From Saccostrea cucullata (lineage: Eukaryota), in assembly GCF_032062105.1 (NCBI RefSeq), contig NW_026937660.1, positions 1 through 64,000 on the forward strand: a DNA stretch of 64,000 bases, in the 5' to 3' direction. Within the stretch, counting starts at the first letter, position 1; each line of letters opens with the position of its first letter. Shown here piece by piece: positions 27,401 through 40,600 of this stretch. The notes below the pieces were generated by a model that did not search any database, was not told where the DNA came from, and was given only the letters and a program-made list of their open reading frames with translations. A program made the translations under genes and the position numbers.

Positions 27401-28020
27401 ATTTAGAACTTACACTACCCAAGGATACTTACACATAAGTTTCAGCTTTCCTGGCCCAGTGGTTCTTGAAAAGAAGATTTTTAAAAATTCTTCCTATATA
27501 TTTCTATGTAAAACTTTAATTCCCGATTGTGGCCCTGTCCAACCCCCGGGGATCATAATTTGAACAATTTAGAATTTACACTACCCAAGGATGCTTCCCC
27601 ATAAGTTTCAGCTTTTCTGGCCCAGTGGTTCTTGAGAGGATTTTAAAAGATTTTTCCTGTATATTCCTATGCAAAACTTGGATTCCCCATTATGGCCCCG
27701 CCCAACCCCTGGGGGTAACGATTTTAACAATTTAGAATCTACACCACCCATGGATGCTTCCACATAAATTTCAGCTTTTCTGGTCCAGTGGTTCTTGAGA
27801 AGAAGATTTTTTTTTAATGACCCCACCCTATTTTTGTCTTTTCTTAATTATCTCCCCTTGGGAGAGGACCTGGCTCTTCATTTTAAGAATTCAAATTCCC
27901 CTTCACCCAAGGATGCTTTGTAACAATTTTGATCAAAATTGGCTCAGTGGTTCTTGAGAAGAAGTCGAAAATGTTAAAAGTTTACAGAAGGACAGACGGA
28001 CAAAATGTGATCAGAAGCAC
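24416..28020. repeat. Long Cg170-like satellite array inside a HINE; distal part duplicated
   Basis: Same left terminus (aaacaagaggcccatgggccacatcgctcac); many ~165-bp units (aatttagaatctacactacccaaggatgcttccacataagtttcagc...); right ends truncated at 26478 and 28020. Confidence 0.9.
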
Positions 28021-28312
28021 GACCTCCATCATAGCAACAGTCAACATTGCTTTATGAATGTGATGTTGCCAGAATTTATGCACACAAGGATCGCTGTAAT
28101 TTAAAACATTCAGTATCACTTAATAAACATTGCATGTAGCTGAGTGTAACATTGAAAATTTGCACCCCTCTAAAACCTTCTTCAGCCTTCACTGCACCTA
28201 GCTTGGTTTAAAATTGTTTTTGGTGTGAAATTTTTAAATGTTAGTTCAACTAAATGCAATATTTATACATGTATAATGTAAACACACACAAATTGTACAT
28301 ACAGACCACACA
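25197..28312. repeat. Near-identical direct tandem duplication, ~1.55 kb (25197-26770 / 26771-28312)
   Basis: Both copies run from cagggatcatgatttgaac to ttgtacatacagaccacaca, including non-satellite flank; they differ mainly in a poly-C tract. Confidence 0.9.
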
Positions 28313-28663
28313 TAATGACATTAACTTCAGAACAACAGCACCTTAAAATTGCATTAATATGTCTCTAGAAATTAATGTAACCATGTCAGACTTAAAATGT
28401 GTAATCATTGTAAACTCAATGATTAAATAACAGTCAGACTGGTTGGTCCTGAAGTTATACATGTATGACCTTCCAGTCATGCTTATTCTGGACTAAAGAG
28501 CTTTCTTGTCTGTTAGAGTATTTTATGGATATTTCATATATTTCCTGATCAAAGCACTTGAGTCATTGGAGAAATTTGGCGAATTTCCTAAATGTGACTT
28601 GTTGTTATACCCAGTTTTTGATCCTCCTCTTCAATATTGATTTTTAATTTTATTATGCAATAT

Positions 28664-31600
28664 TTAAGGCTCAATCTGCATCAGTCTGTCTTCTACAAAA
28701 GTAAAAACAAATCATTTAGATGAAATTCGTCATGATGTTTCTAGAAATGTACTTTATGTACAAACTCACTCTCCTTAATTATTTTAATTAATTGTTTCCT
28801 GCAGTTAAGTACAGATATAATTATGTTAATTGCAACCTTGTACAGATCAATTATCAAGTGTGCACTGATATACCAATTAAGTCCATCCTAATTTTTATCT
28901 CTTTTTGTACTCTGTACTTGAATATGTTTATAATTAACTAATTCATTCAAAATTATATAAAATCAGATCACTTTTGTAGCTTCAAGGTCTGGCGCAGGAG
29001 ACATAAAAAAAGTAAAATAATTGCCATTCCGTATTACATAACAATCAGTTGATAAGGATGTAAATTTCATTGAAATCACTCTTTTTTATATAATTTCTCA
29101 ATTGTTTCTCCTATAATTTAAACATAAGAGCTCTTCAGTTACTAAGGTATTCAATTTCACTATCTAAAATACATATCATTTTTTAAATGATACTCAGTTA
29201 CTAAGGTATTCAATTTCACTATCTAAAATACATATCATTTTTTTAATGATACTTATTACAACTTAGGTAAAGTGTTAATTTCATGTAATATTCAAGATAT
29301 CCATGTTGGGTAATATTTAATTTCTTAGGTATATTCATTTATACTATATTAACTATATATTAAAGGATACAAATTATAACTCAGGCAAAGTGTTAAATTT
29401 AAGTATTATTTAAAGTATCTTAATTGGGTTATATTGCATTTTAAAATGAGTGAGCTAAAAGTATTTGAATAGTATTTATAAAATAAAATATGTTCAAACT
29501 AACTTAAATATCTACGGATTAGGAGAAGGCTATAAGTTTTACATATCTTAAATTCAGTTTTATAAACGTGTACTAGAGTCTGTGCAAAATACAGATGATA
29601 CAAAGCATACTTGTATATATGATCAAACATTCACAAGACAAACATATGCATTAATTAGATACTGGTGTTTTATTTTTCATAGCATAACACCCTTTTTTAC
29701 GCTATACAACCATTCTGAAAAAGTGAACACAAACAAGAAACCCAGAACGCAATTAAATTTGGATCATGCTTTAATCCAGAGGCCATTAAATTGACAAATT
29801 TGAAAGAGGTACCATTTCTTATCATAACTGTACATTAAGCATGCTTTGGTTACTTAATACCTAGGCTAAAGGTAGAAAAGAGTAACAAAGAGAAAATGCA
29901 TTTCCACTAACCCACTGAACCACTGACCCTGGGGCCACATATTTCAAAATTTTTAAAATTTGCCATTAATCATATTTTATCATAAATGGATTGATTTATT
30001 TTCAGACTATGTAATCAACACCCACGCCCCCTTACAAATATTTTTGAATCAGGGTCCTGAAATTAGCAATTTTGAAGAGGCACCTTTCTTCATCATAAAT
30101 ATGTACATTTACTTAGATCATTGTCATAATAAAACATGGAGCAAAGGAAAATATTTTCAAATAAATTCATACCATTCCCGACATATTCATTAAGGCCCTG
30201 CCCTAACACCAGAACCCCTGACCCAGGGGCCATGAAATTCACAAATCTGAAAGAGGCAACCTTTCTTATTATATCTACATGTATATACATGTACATAGCT
30301 TTTTGGTTTAAAACCCAGGATAAGAGGAGAGATTTCTAAAGATTTTATGCTTTTTCACTTTATAACCAATAAAGCCCCGTGGGAATCCGGGTTAAAATAG
30401 GTCCTCAGAACCCCCTTGCTTGTCGTAAAAAGTGACTAAATGGGGCGGTCCTTTGGATGAGACCTTATAAACCGAGGCCCCGTGTCACAGCAGGTGTGGC
30501 ACGATAAAGATCCCTTCCTGCTCAAAGGCCGTAGGTACCGATTATAGGCCTAAATTTGCAGGCCTTCACCTGCAATGGTGACGTCTCCATATCAGTGAAA
30601 TATTCTGGAGAGGGACGTTAAACAGTATACAATCAATCATAAAACCAATAAAGCCCTTATACTAGAACCTCTGACCTAGGGGTTCTGAAATTCACGATTT
30701 AGGATGAGGCATGCAGTCTTATTCAACATAACTATTTACTTGGTATTTATTTAATACCCAGGAGCAGAGAAAATTTTTTAAACCTGTTGAAGAATAAGTG
30801 TATTTCGTTATATACTATTAATCAATAGATCCCTACCCTAACCATAGAACCCCTGACCCAGTGCCCATGAAATTCATAATTTGGGAAGAGACATTTTTTC
30901 TCATCATAAATATATACTTAGTTGGTTTGTTAAATACCCAGGAGCATAGATTTTCAATCAATTGTTGTATTTTAATTTATAATCAATAGAGACCTGTCCT
31001 TACATCAGAAACCCCTAACCTGGGGGCTATGAAATTCACAAAGGCAAAAATGTGCAATTTATGGCACACAATTTTTTGTGCACTTTTGGGGAGAATTTCT
31101 CCATTTTCCAGCATTGGTCAATTAGATCCGTAATTTGAGACACATTCCTTAACCAATCTGTATTTATTATCCACCTCAAAACCCTTTATAGTTGTCTCTT
31201 CAGGTGATAAACTCACTGTCTGGAATGTTCGGAAATCCAACAGACAATTCATTTCAAACCAGTTAATGGCAAGTAGAGATGGCTATAAAGGGTTGGGGCT
31301 TGGATGAGATATACAGATTAGTTTAAGAACGTGTCTCCAGTTAGGAAGAAAAAGTAGCTATTTGCAATATGCAGAAAAGTGGAGATATTCTCCCCAAATG
31401 GGCGTAAAGAAATTTCACATTTTTTGCATAACAGGATCTGCAGCGTTATAGTAAAAGACAAATACAGAAAACCATAAGGTTAGAGTTCTGCAGCTAGAAG
31501 ATTTTTAAAAATTGTTTACAGACAGGTTGACAGACAGCTAAACTTAGTTGGACTAATACATGATGGACACCTTACTTGGACTAATGATAAGGAGAAAAAA

Positions 31601-34600
31601 AATTACAATAACTGGCCAAGATGTTCTCCAACTATTGTCAATATTCCAATTAAGAGACCAAAGGGCCTTATAGGTCACCTGAGAATCATGCACCCACTTT
31701 CAACTGATTAAATTTGGTTCATGATTTAAGCTAGATGTTATGCCATTCACATTCTTTGAAATGGCACCATTGCTAATCATAACTATACAATAAGCAATTG
31801 CTTAGTTTTGTTACTTAATACCCATAGGCAGGGTAGGGGAACAAAAAATGCATTTCAACTAATCAGTAACATTCAGCAATAATCAGTAGTGCCCCTATAA
31901 CACATGAACCGCTGACCCTAGATCAACACATTGCACAATTTTTGAAAAGGCACCTTTGCTTATCAAAAATGCTTTATTGATACCAAAGATCAGATTATGA
32001 ACAATTCATTTCCAGTATATAAGAAGAGACCTCTTCTAGTCTTCCCAGGGGCCTCGAAATTCATCAATCTAGAAGAAGGGCCCTAGCGCATCATAATTAT
32101 ATAGGTAGTTTATCTGCTAATAAACCAGGAGCAGAGAAGAATATTTTCAAAGATTTAGTGTAGATTTTCACTACATGTGTATATAATTAATCAATACAAC
32201 CCTGACCTACACCAGAACTCCTAAACCTGGGGCCATAAAATTTACAATTTTGGTAGAAGCAGTCTTGCTTATCATGACTATGTACTTAATTTGTTTATTT
32301 AATACCAAGGATAAGAGAAGAAGATTTTCAAGGAATCAATGCATTTTCATTATATAATCAATAGAGCCTGCCCTAACACCAGGACCCTTGACCCTGGGGC
32401 CATAAAATTCACAATTTTGGGGAAGGCAGTAGTACTCATCATAACTATGTACTTAATTAGTTTATTCAATACCTACCTAGGAGCAGAGAAGAAAAGTTTC
32501 AAAGAACTAGTGCTAATTGTAACGGGGACCGTTACAGATGTTCCCCAAACGCTCCCCAACTCCCTTTTGATGCCATATTCCCTGTAAGCTTCATTAAATA
32601 AGACAAACTCTATGCATCTGAGATTTTAACAACATTTACAAAGAAGTGTACAAAAATCATTTAAACTTTAGCATTGCACGCGTGCACATGTGAATGAATT
32701 TGCGTCATGACCATATCATCTTGTCTACACAATCTATATTTTTAATACACTGAATATTAAAGTATTTAATCCAGAATTATTTAAAAAATACGCTCATTCA
32801 AGTGTATGTTTGATTTTACTCATTTCACGTGCAGGCACGTGCATACATGAGCATGGTGACCATACCTTCTTGTAGAAATCCATTATATCTATCTATGTTC
32901 CAAATCCCATCCTGTTTGGTTAAAAACCAAGGGAGTTATAGCTGTTTAAAGTTTCAGCCAATCAGATTGCAGCACATGTACACGCACGTGTTTGCCTGTG
33001 CATGGTGACCATACCTACTTGCAGAAGTCCATTATATCTATCTATGTTCCAAATCCCATCCTGTTTGGTTAAAAACCAAGGGAGTTATAGCTGTTTAAAG
33101 TTTCAGCCAATCAGATTGCAGCGCACGTGCATGCACGTGTTTTCATGATAATTGCTTTATTTCATGTTGTAGAATATCCTAATGCATGGCTATGTTCAAA
33201 ATTTCAAAGGATTTCGTCAAAAAACAAGAAAGATATTGAGACTTTAGTTGCAGCCAATCAGAGCGAAGTGCACGTGCATGCGCGTGAGATCTTGCTATTT
33301 TCACCATGTCGTCATGTCTATACTACTAATATTTCCTCACATTATGAGTTTCAAAGCATTTCATCTAAAAATAGAAAAGTTGTGGCTATATCTATTATAT
33401 TGGTCATTTCACGTGTTGCACGTGCACGCTCTTGCAAGCACGTGCGCGCAAAATGACCTTGATTCCGCAAATCTACATAACATGTCTACTAACCCTAAAA
33501 AGGTTTTACCTACATAGGACGAACAGTTTACATTATCATTCCCGGACAAAAAAGTTCCAGGAAGAAGAAGAAGAAGAAGAAGAAGAAGAAAAATAATAAT
33601 AATAATAATAATAATAATAAGAAACAGAGTAAAAACAATATGTTCCCCAACTTCGTTTGGGGAACATAATTAATGTATTTTCACTATATAATCAATAGAG
33701 CCCCACCCTAGCACCAGAACCCCTGACCCTGGGGCCATAAAATTCACTATTTTGGTAGAGGCAGTCTTGCTAATCATGACTACGCACTTAGTTGGTTTAT
33801 TTAATACACGTACCTAAGAGAAGAGAAGATTCTTAAAGAAACAAGAGATGTTTGTAAAACACTTATGCCCCCTCCCCCAAATTGGAATTTTTCCAAGTCC
33901 AAGGGGCAAAACTCTGTCAAAAATGACCTAGAAATTAATGTGATATATCTGTATACAAAATTTCATTTCAATATGTGCAACGGTTGCAAAGAAAATGAAC
34001 GGAAGTCCAAGGGGCATAACTCTGTTTAAAATAGTGCGATCGTACCAAAAACATAACTTGACCTAGATATTCATCTGATAAATCCGCATAGTAGATTTCA
34101 TCTCAGCATGTGCAACGGTTGCAAAGAAAATGAACAGAAACTGCAAATAATTGAAATTTTACTAAGTCCAAGGGGCATAACTCTGTCAAAAATGGCGCGA
34201 TCATACTTAGAACAAACCTTGACCTAGATATTTATCTGATATATCTGTATACAAAATTACATTTCAGTATGTGCAACGGATGCAAAGAAAATGAACGGAA
34301 ACTGCAAATAATTGAAATTTTTCTAAGTCCAAGGGGCATAACTCTGTTAAAAATTGTGTGATCGTACCCAAAACAGAACTTGACCTAGATATTGATCTGA
34401 TAAATCTGTATACTAAATTTCATTTCAGTATGTGCAACGGTTGCAAAGAAAATGAATGGAAACCGCAAATAATTGGAATTTTTCTAAGTCCAATGAGCAT
34501 AACTCTGTCAAAAATGGCGCGATCATACCAAAAACAAAACTTGATCTAGATATTCATGTGATATATCTGCATACTAAATTTCATCTAAATATGTGCAACG

Positions 34601-37600
34601 GTTGTAAAGAACATGAACGGAAACTGCAAATAATTGAATTTTTTCTAAGTCCAAGGGGCATTACTCTGTCAAAAATGGCGCGATCGTACCCGAAACAACA
34701 GTTGACCTAGATATTTATCTGATATATCTGTATACCAAATTTCATTTCAGAAAATGAATGGAAACTAAATGGACCGACAGACCGACGGACCGACAGACAG
34801 CAGCAAAGCAATATGTCCTCCCTTCTTCGAAGGGGGGCATAAAAATGCATTCTCAGAATATAATCTATATAGCCACGTCCTAGCACTTGAAATCCTGACA
34901 CTGGGGCCATAAATTTCACAATTTTGGTAGTGCACTCATTGCTCATTACATTCATGCCAACAGTTTGACTGCTTGGTGTCATGAAATAAAGAGGAAGAAT
35001 TTTAAAGATTTCATTAGTTTTTGTAGTTTTTGCCCCACCCCTAAGGCCCCAGGGGTGCAGGGATAAAAAATTCACAATTTTTCTTCCCCTTTACCCATAT
35101 ACACTGTATACCAAATTTGGTTTAAATTGGTTCAGTGGTTTCAGAGAAGAAGCATGAAAATGTTTAAATGTAAACACACGACACACTACGATGGACAAAA
35201 ACAGATAATGTAAGATTCTGTAAAATTTTTACAATTATTGTGTAAGAAAATTTTTTGCAAGGATTCAATTTTGGCATCATTAGCATGCATTGTGAGATAG
35301 CAAAAATTTAATATCACTAAAATTAATTTTTAATGGGTTTTTCAGTGATTTTTTTAAGATCTCAACAAATCTGCATTATTTCTTAGTTATTGCTCCTTGG
35401 TATTGTTTGGTCATTCATCTGAAAAGAATTTGAATACCCTTTACACTAGGATTCCCTGTGCCAAGTTTGGTAAAAATTGGACTGTTGTTCTGGAGAAGAG
35501 GTTTAAATTCTGAAAAGTTTACAACAATGGCACACCGCAACAACAGAGAGCATAAAAATTTTGATCAGGGAAGTTCAAATTAATCTATCCTTCATATTTA
35601 ATCAAGTATCACAATATTTACCTATTTTTCCATTTTCCTTCATGAGTTGACCATTCTCTTCTACTGTTTCTAAAATACATGTATTTTATTAATTAAGAAT
35701 GTGTAAGAAAATCTAGCATTAAGTTTGAAATCTTATGAGTTAATCATTAATTCTTAAAAAATTAAGGAAGGTTACTATAATTCTTGCTGATACAAATGCT
35801 AACTAGTAACCAATATGAAATAGGAAATGATGCATTACAGTGCAATTTCGATGAACGGGGTGGGAAAGCTGGTGCCTATTGGATACTTAGTGAAATAACT
35901 TAGGAAGGAGAGGGGGATATGAGAATCTGTGTGAAATAAATACTCGAATTAATATAAATGCATGTCATAATTTTACCTTTTTCAGTAAGGCATTGCTCTT
36001 TAGATTTAGCTTGACGTCTCTTCAGTAAAAAAATTGCAACAGCGGTTCCAACTACCAGAAGGATTCCAATTGTAATAGTGATTTCAATAATAAGTTCCAA
36101 GTTTATATCTTTAACATTTTCCATATCTGACCTATAAATGAAGGGAACAAAAGAGCAAACAAATTAAATCATTTTAATCATAACTATTAATTGATGCTTA
36201 TAATTAATGTTCTTGACTTTCAGTTGATATTTTAATATCAAATAATTGAATAAGGGCCTGAGGTTCAAATGAAAAAAATGGCTACACAAAAATGTTTTTT
36301 TTTAAATATATATGAATAAAGTCATAAATATCATTAAAAGATTTTTTATACACTATATTATTTTATCATAATGAAATAAATGAATCAAAGTGTCTGCAGA
36401 TAAATTTTCTATGATTGATGATGATTATAATAGATAACAGGTTTAGATACCAAAGGAAGGATAACTCTTTGAATGATGAAACATTTAAATGGAACATAGT
36501 GTCTAAAAGAGTTATCTTTCTTTGCATACAAGAGAATATTACATCAAAGCGTACAGGGGAATTTATTAGTGTGTCAATACATTTTTTCCTAGCATTGATA
36601 AAAATAAACAAAAGGACTCGGAACAAGTACAAAAGTGACACTTGTTAATTATATAACTCACTCTTCAACCATGGACATATTTTCAGTCGGTACATTTGTA
36701 TCAGAGGTAGGGACAGACGCTGCTGTAGTTGGATTCTGTACTGTGGATTTCTTTGTCAGATCATAGCAACCAGGGTCTGAAAAAAAAGATCATGATTATA
36801 ATTTTGTTTATATCATTCATATAGGTTGTTACGAAATTCGTTTCGTCACTTTTATATATTTCATTGATCACTCGCAGCGTATGCAGTTGTTATCAGCATA
36901 TTGATATGTACATGATTGTTTGTTATTAAATAATTAATAGCGAGCGCAGCGAGCGTCGCAAAGCGACGCTCGCGAAGCGAGCTCAATAGACTAACGTGTA
37001 TGAACAGAGGAAATTCGGATTGAAATCCGTACATACGTCAGCCAAATTTCTCTGTGCAACATTCCCAGAATTCCTGCACTACCCAATGTCCTTTGCGCGA
37101 ATAAGTCAAAAATAGTAAAAAAATGAAAGGAACATTGTTTCTTACCGAAATCTTAACGAAATGATTTAGCCTTAGGCCCTACCTTATTAAAAAAAAAATA
37201 CCCCCATGCCACAACACCGGCCTTCACCTTGCCCTTCGGAAATGATACAAATGACGTCACCGGAAACTTACGAATTTTGACGAAGTTATGTCGGTTGCTT
37301 CCGTGAAACTCGGAAAACATGTTGCGGTGCATAGCAACAACTTACTTGAAAAGAACGATTAAATGCAATCTCTTTTCCATAAAACTAGCGTTTGCGTCCT
37401 AAGTCAACAGAGCTTTTCATCTGACGTCATACTTTCGTCACTTCAACGGTTCGGGTATTTCCAATTTTGTCGGAAACTTCCGAGAAGTTTGGAATCTCGA
37501 TCCCGATGCTTGGGAAATGATTTCTTTTTATAGTTTTGTTTTATTCTTTTTGCTTTCTTTTTCTTGAATGATAGACAGTACATGTGTAAGTTTTTGATAG

Positions 37601-40600
37601 TAAATAAACTGCGCTCGTCCCAACGGTCACACCGTAAAACATATTAAAAAGTTGTAAAAGAAATAAGTTATATGCTGTCAATCATATAATATTGTTTTGG
37701 AATCGGGTTCACTGTATTTCGACCCGGTCTCGATCTCGATAGCATGTTTGAAGTCAATTATCACATTTCGTCTTTGAACATTGTATTGTCATTGTTTAAA
37801 TCAACTTAATAACGTAATAGCTACTTGTACTTATCGTATTTTGGTAGATAAAATCCCATTTTGTATGGTTAGTAATGATTTTCTATTAGAAAACTTCTCT
37901 GCGTGCACTTTCCCTGATTTGTTTATACCGGAAGTGGCGTAGGGTCATTCCGGGTCAGCGATTGGCTAATTGAGGTTACCAGTGGGTACAGTAAAGGTAT
38001 ACAAGTTTAGCTTTTGAAAAAAGCTTAGATAGTCAGCCACTGGATTTTTATTCCTTGGTGAAACATTTTACAGCGGTACAAAACATTTATATTGGTCATT
38101 TTTAATACCAGTATTTTCAATAGACCCAATATTTAACAAGAGTTAGTTCTTGTTGGCCGCCACATTGGGGTTTAACATGCTCCTATTATATCAGAATGTA
38201 TCCAACTGTAACTTTTATACTGGCAATGATGTAGGCATGTTACAGCAGGTGTGGCACGATAAAGATCCCTCCCTACTCAATGGCCCTGAGTGCCTAGCAT
38301 AATCCTAAATTTGCAGCCCTTCACTGGCAATCAGTGAAATATTCTGGAGAGGGGCATTAAAAAGTATACAATCAATCAATCTTTCTATATATTGTGTACC
38401 CTTGAGAAAACTTCACATTGGTTTTTTGAACGATAAGTACTAGGGCTTTTATACCTTATACATGTAATCCTTTTGAAAAGACTTACATTGGATACCAAGC
38501 ATTTTGAATTTTGACTCTGACTATGACCTTTAAATTTAACCTACTTTTAAAAACCAATCCTTGATTATAACCTTAAAGGGTTAAGGCTAGTGCTCCCAAT
38601 TATTTTACACATTAAATCCCTGTTACAAGATCTTTCATTTCATACCGAGAATTTTGACCCTTTTACCATGACTTTTAACCTACTTTATATTTTTTTAACC
38701 TGAACGTTTAAGACTTCCATACTGTACATAGTTTCTTGTGTGGCATGAGTTTTTTGGATATCAATTACCTTGACATTTTGACCTTGGACACTTTTATACT
38801 TATTGAAATAAATACTTCAACAATGAACTACTTCTCAAATTTCACAATTGTTTTCTAGTAAGATTACATATTTTTGGTACCAATTAATTTAATTTGCATT
38901 TAAGAAAAATTTATTTTGGGATTTTGCCATACAAGGGGCATCAGTGTTTCACAAACACATCTTGTTTCTCACTTAAATGTAACTAAAAACAATGTGGTCG
39001 ATGTCAGAAATCTTGAAAAGAAAGAATCAATTTTAGTGTCAATACTTGTGTTTATTCAAGTAATAAACAAAACAGAAACAAACATGAGTAAAAAAAATTG
39101 AACAATGTCTATTCTACTATCAGTTAATCTGTTGGTTAACAATTTAAACAACATGTACAAAAAGTATATGAGTTACCTGAGTTTTACAGATTTTAAAAGT
39201 TCAGTTGAAATGTACTTATATAATATAAATGTATAAAAAGGAATGCAAGTTATCACAATGTTTGACTAAAAAAATTTTAGTAAACAGTAGCAATGAAATG
39301 ATCAATATCTTGTAAATACTGTAAGAAAACCACCTCTTTGAATGTATTAGGCAATGCATATAAAAACAGGCAATATATAAAATATCAAAAACATATAGCA
39401 CCCTCTTGTACACATAAAAAATTTGCTAACTAGTCTTATGGCTTTTTTCTAAAAAAAAAAAAAAAAAACTACATCAAAAAATGGACAAACTGGCTATGTT
39501 GTGAAAAAAAATATTTACACAAGATGCATTCAGAAATTCACTATTAAACAAATAAGGAATTAATTTAAAAAAAAAAGGAAAAAACATCTGGTATGTTAAC
39601 TGATTAATATCAACTGCATATACAATCCTAAAGTATGAGAATTGTGAACAGTAAATTTTTCATTTTTTAACATTTTATGCATCTTTATTTAATAACACAA
39701 AAACTGTTATAAAAGATACTAAATAAAAAGTTTCGAAACAGAAATGAACAACTATGCTAAAAATATATATACAAAAGAAGAAGAAAAAAAAAACTCAGAA
39801 GCAATCATTAACCAGTAATGAACTTATAATATGAAGCTTTAAAGTTACATCATATTTAATAACCACTCTTTTACAAGTAATAATGTCAAGTAGCATTATG
39901 GGTTTTTTTTTTTTTGTTTTAAAATGATTTTAAAAAGTTGTAAAACTTTTGATGCTTTGTAATATTCTTATTGATAGCTAAAAATTTCACATCACAGTTT
40001 GAAGTTGCTTAAAAGTCTCATTTTTGTTGTTTTAGTCTGAGTTAAAGTTCCTGTACTTCAATTATCTCAAGTCCCATGGTAAAACCTGCATACATTGATT
40101 TTATTCTCAAAATCAATCATGTTTCAATAAGTCACCAGAAGCAGGAAGGGCAATCTCTTAAGGAGCACTTGTTTTACTGCAGTTTTAAAACTTCTTAATG
40201 GTTGTAATTTTGTTACTGTTGAAAGCGAATTTTACTCTTATTGGCATTGCAGATTTAAGGCTGCACAAGGTCTCATCTTTGTTGCTCAAGTCTGACTTGA
40301 AGTTCATTGATTCCAATAGTTGTATTAGTCCGTCAGTAAATACTGTAAAAACGTTCATTTTGTTCTCACAATTAATGAGAACCTTCAGAATGCCAGCATA
40401 CCCTGCCGAGTTCACAGTATATTGAATTGCGCAATTCGGACACCGGAAATCCTCTCCTACCTTTTTTTTGCAGCACTTTGGGATGAGGCAGCACCTATAA
40501 TATATATTGTTCAAAAATAATTCAGAAGGGAAATATAAATAATTCATGATTATCTTAAAATTCTTGTGCCAGTTTTAAATTAATTTCATTTAACTATAAT

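Larger units (their letters stand above)
29720..35210. repeat. Old diverged ~165-bp tandem-repeat array (HINE internal repeats) interrupted by younger insertions
   Basis: Recurrent accagaacccctgaccc..ggggccat(g/a)aaattcacaattttgg units at 30210, 30845, 32210, 32380, 33713, 34885. Confidence 0.65.

Noticed and set aside
22560-28020. CRISPR-like array or coding repeats (ORFs 22715, 24711, 27608)
   Set aside because: Contiguous ~165-bp satellite units without unique spacers in eukaryotic DNA; ORFs are incidental.
29136-29253. 59-bp perfect tandem duplication (also a 32-bp one at ~42056-42120)
   Set aside because: Ordinary slippage-type duplications in introns.
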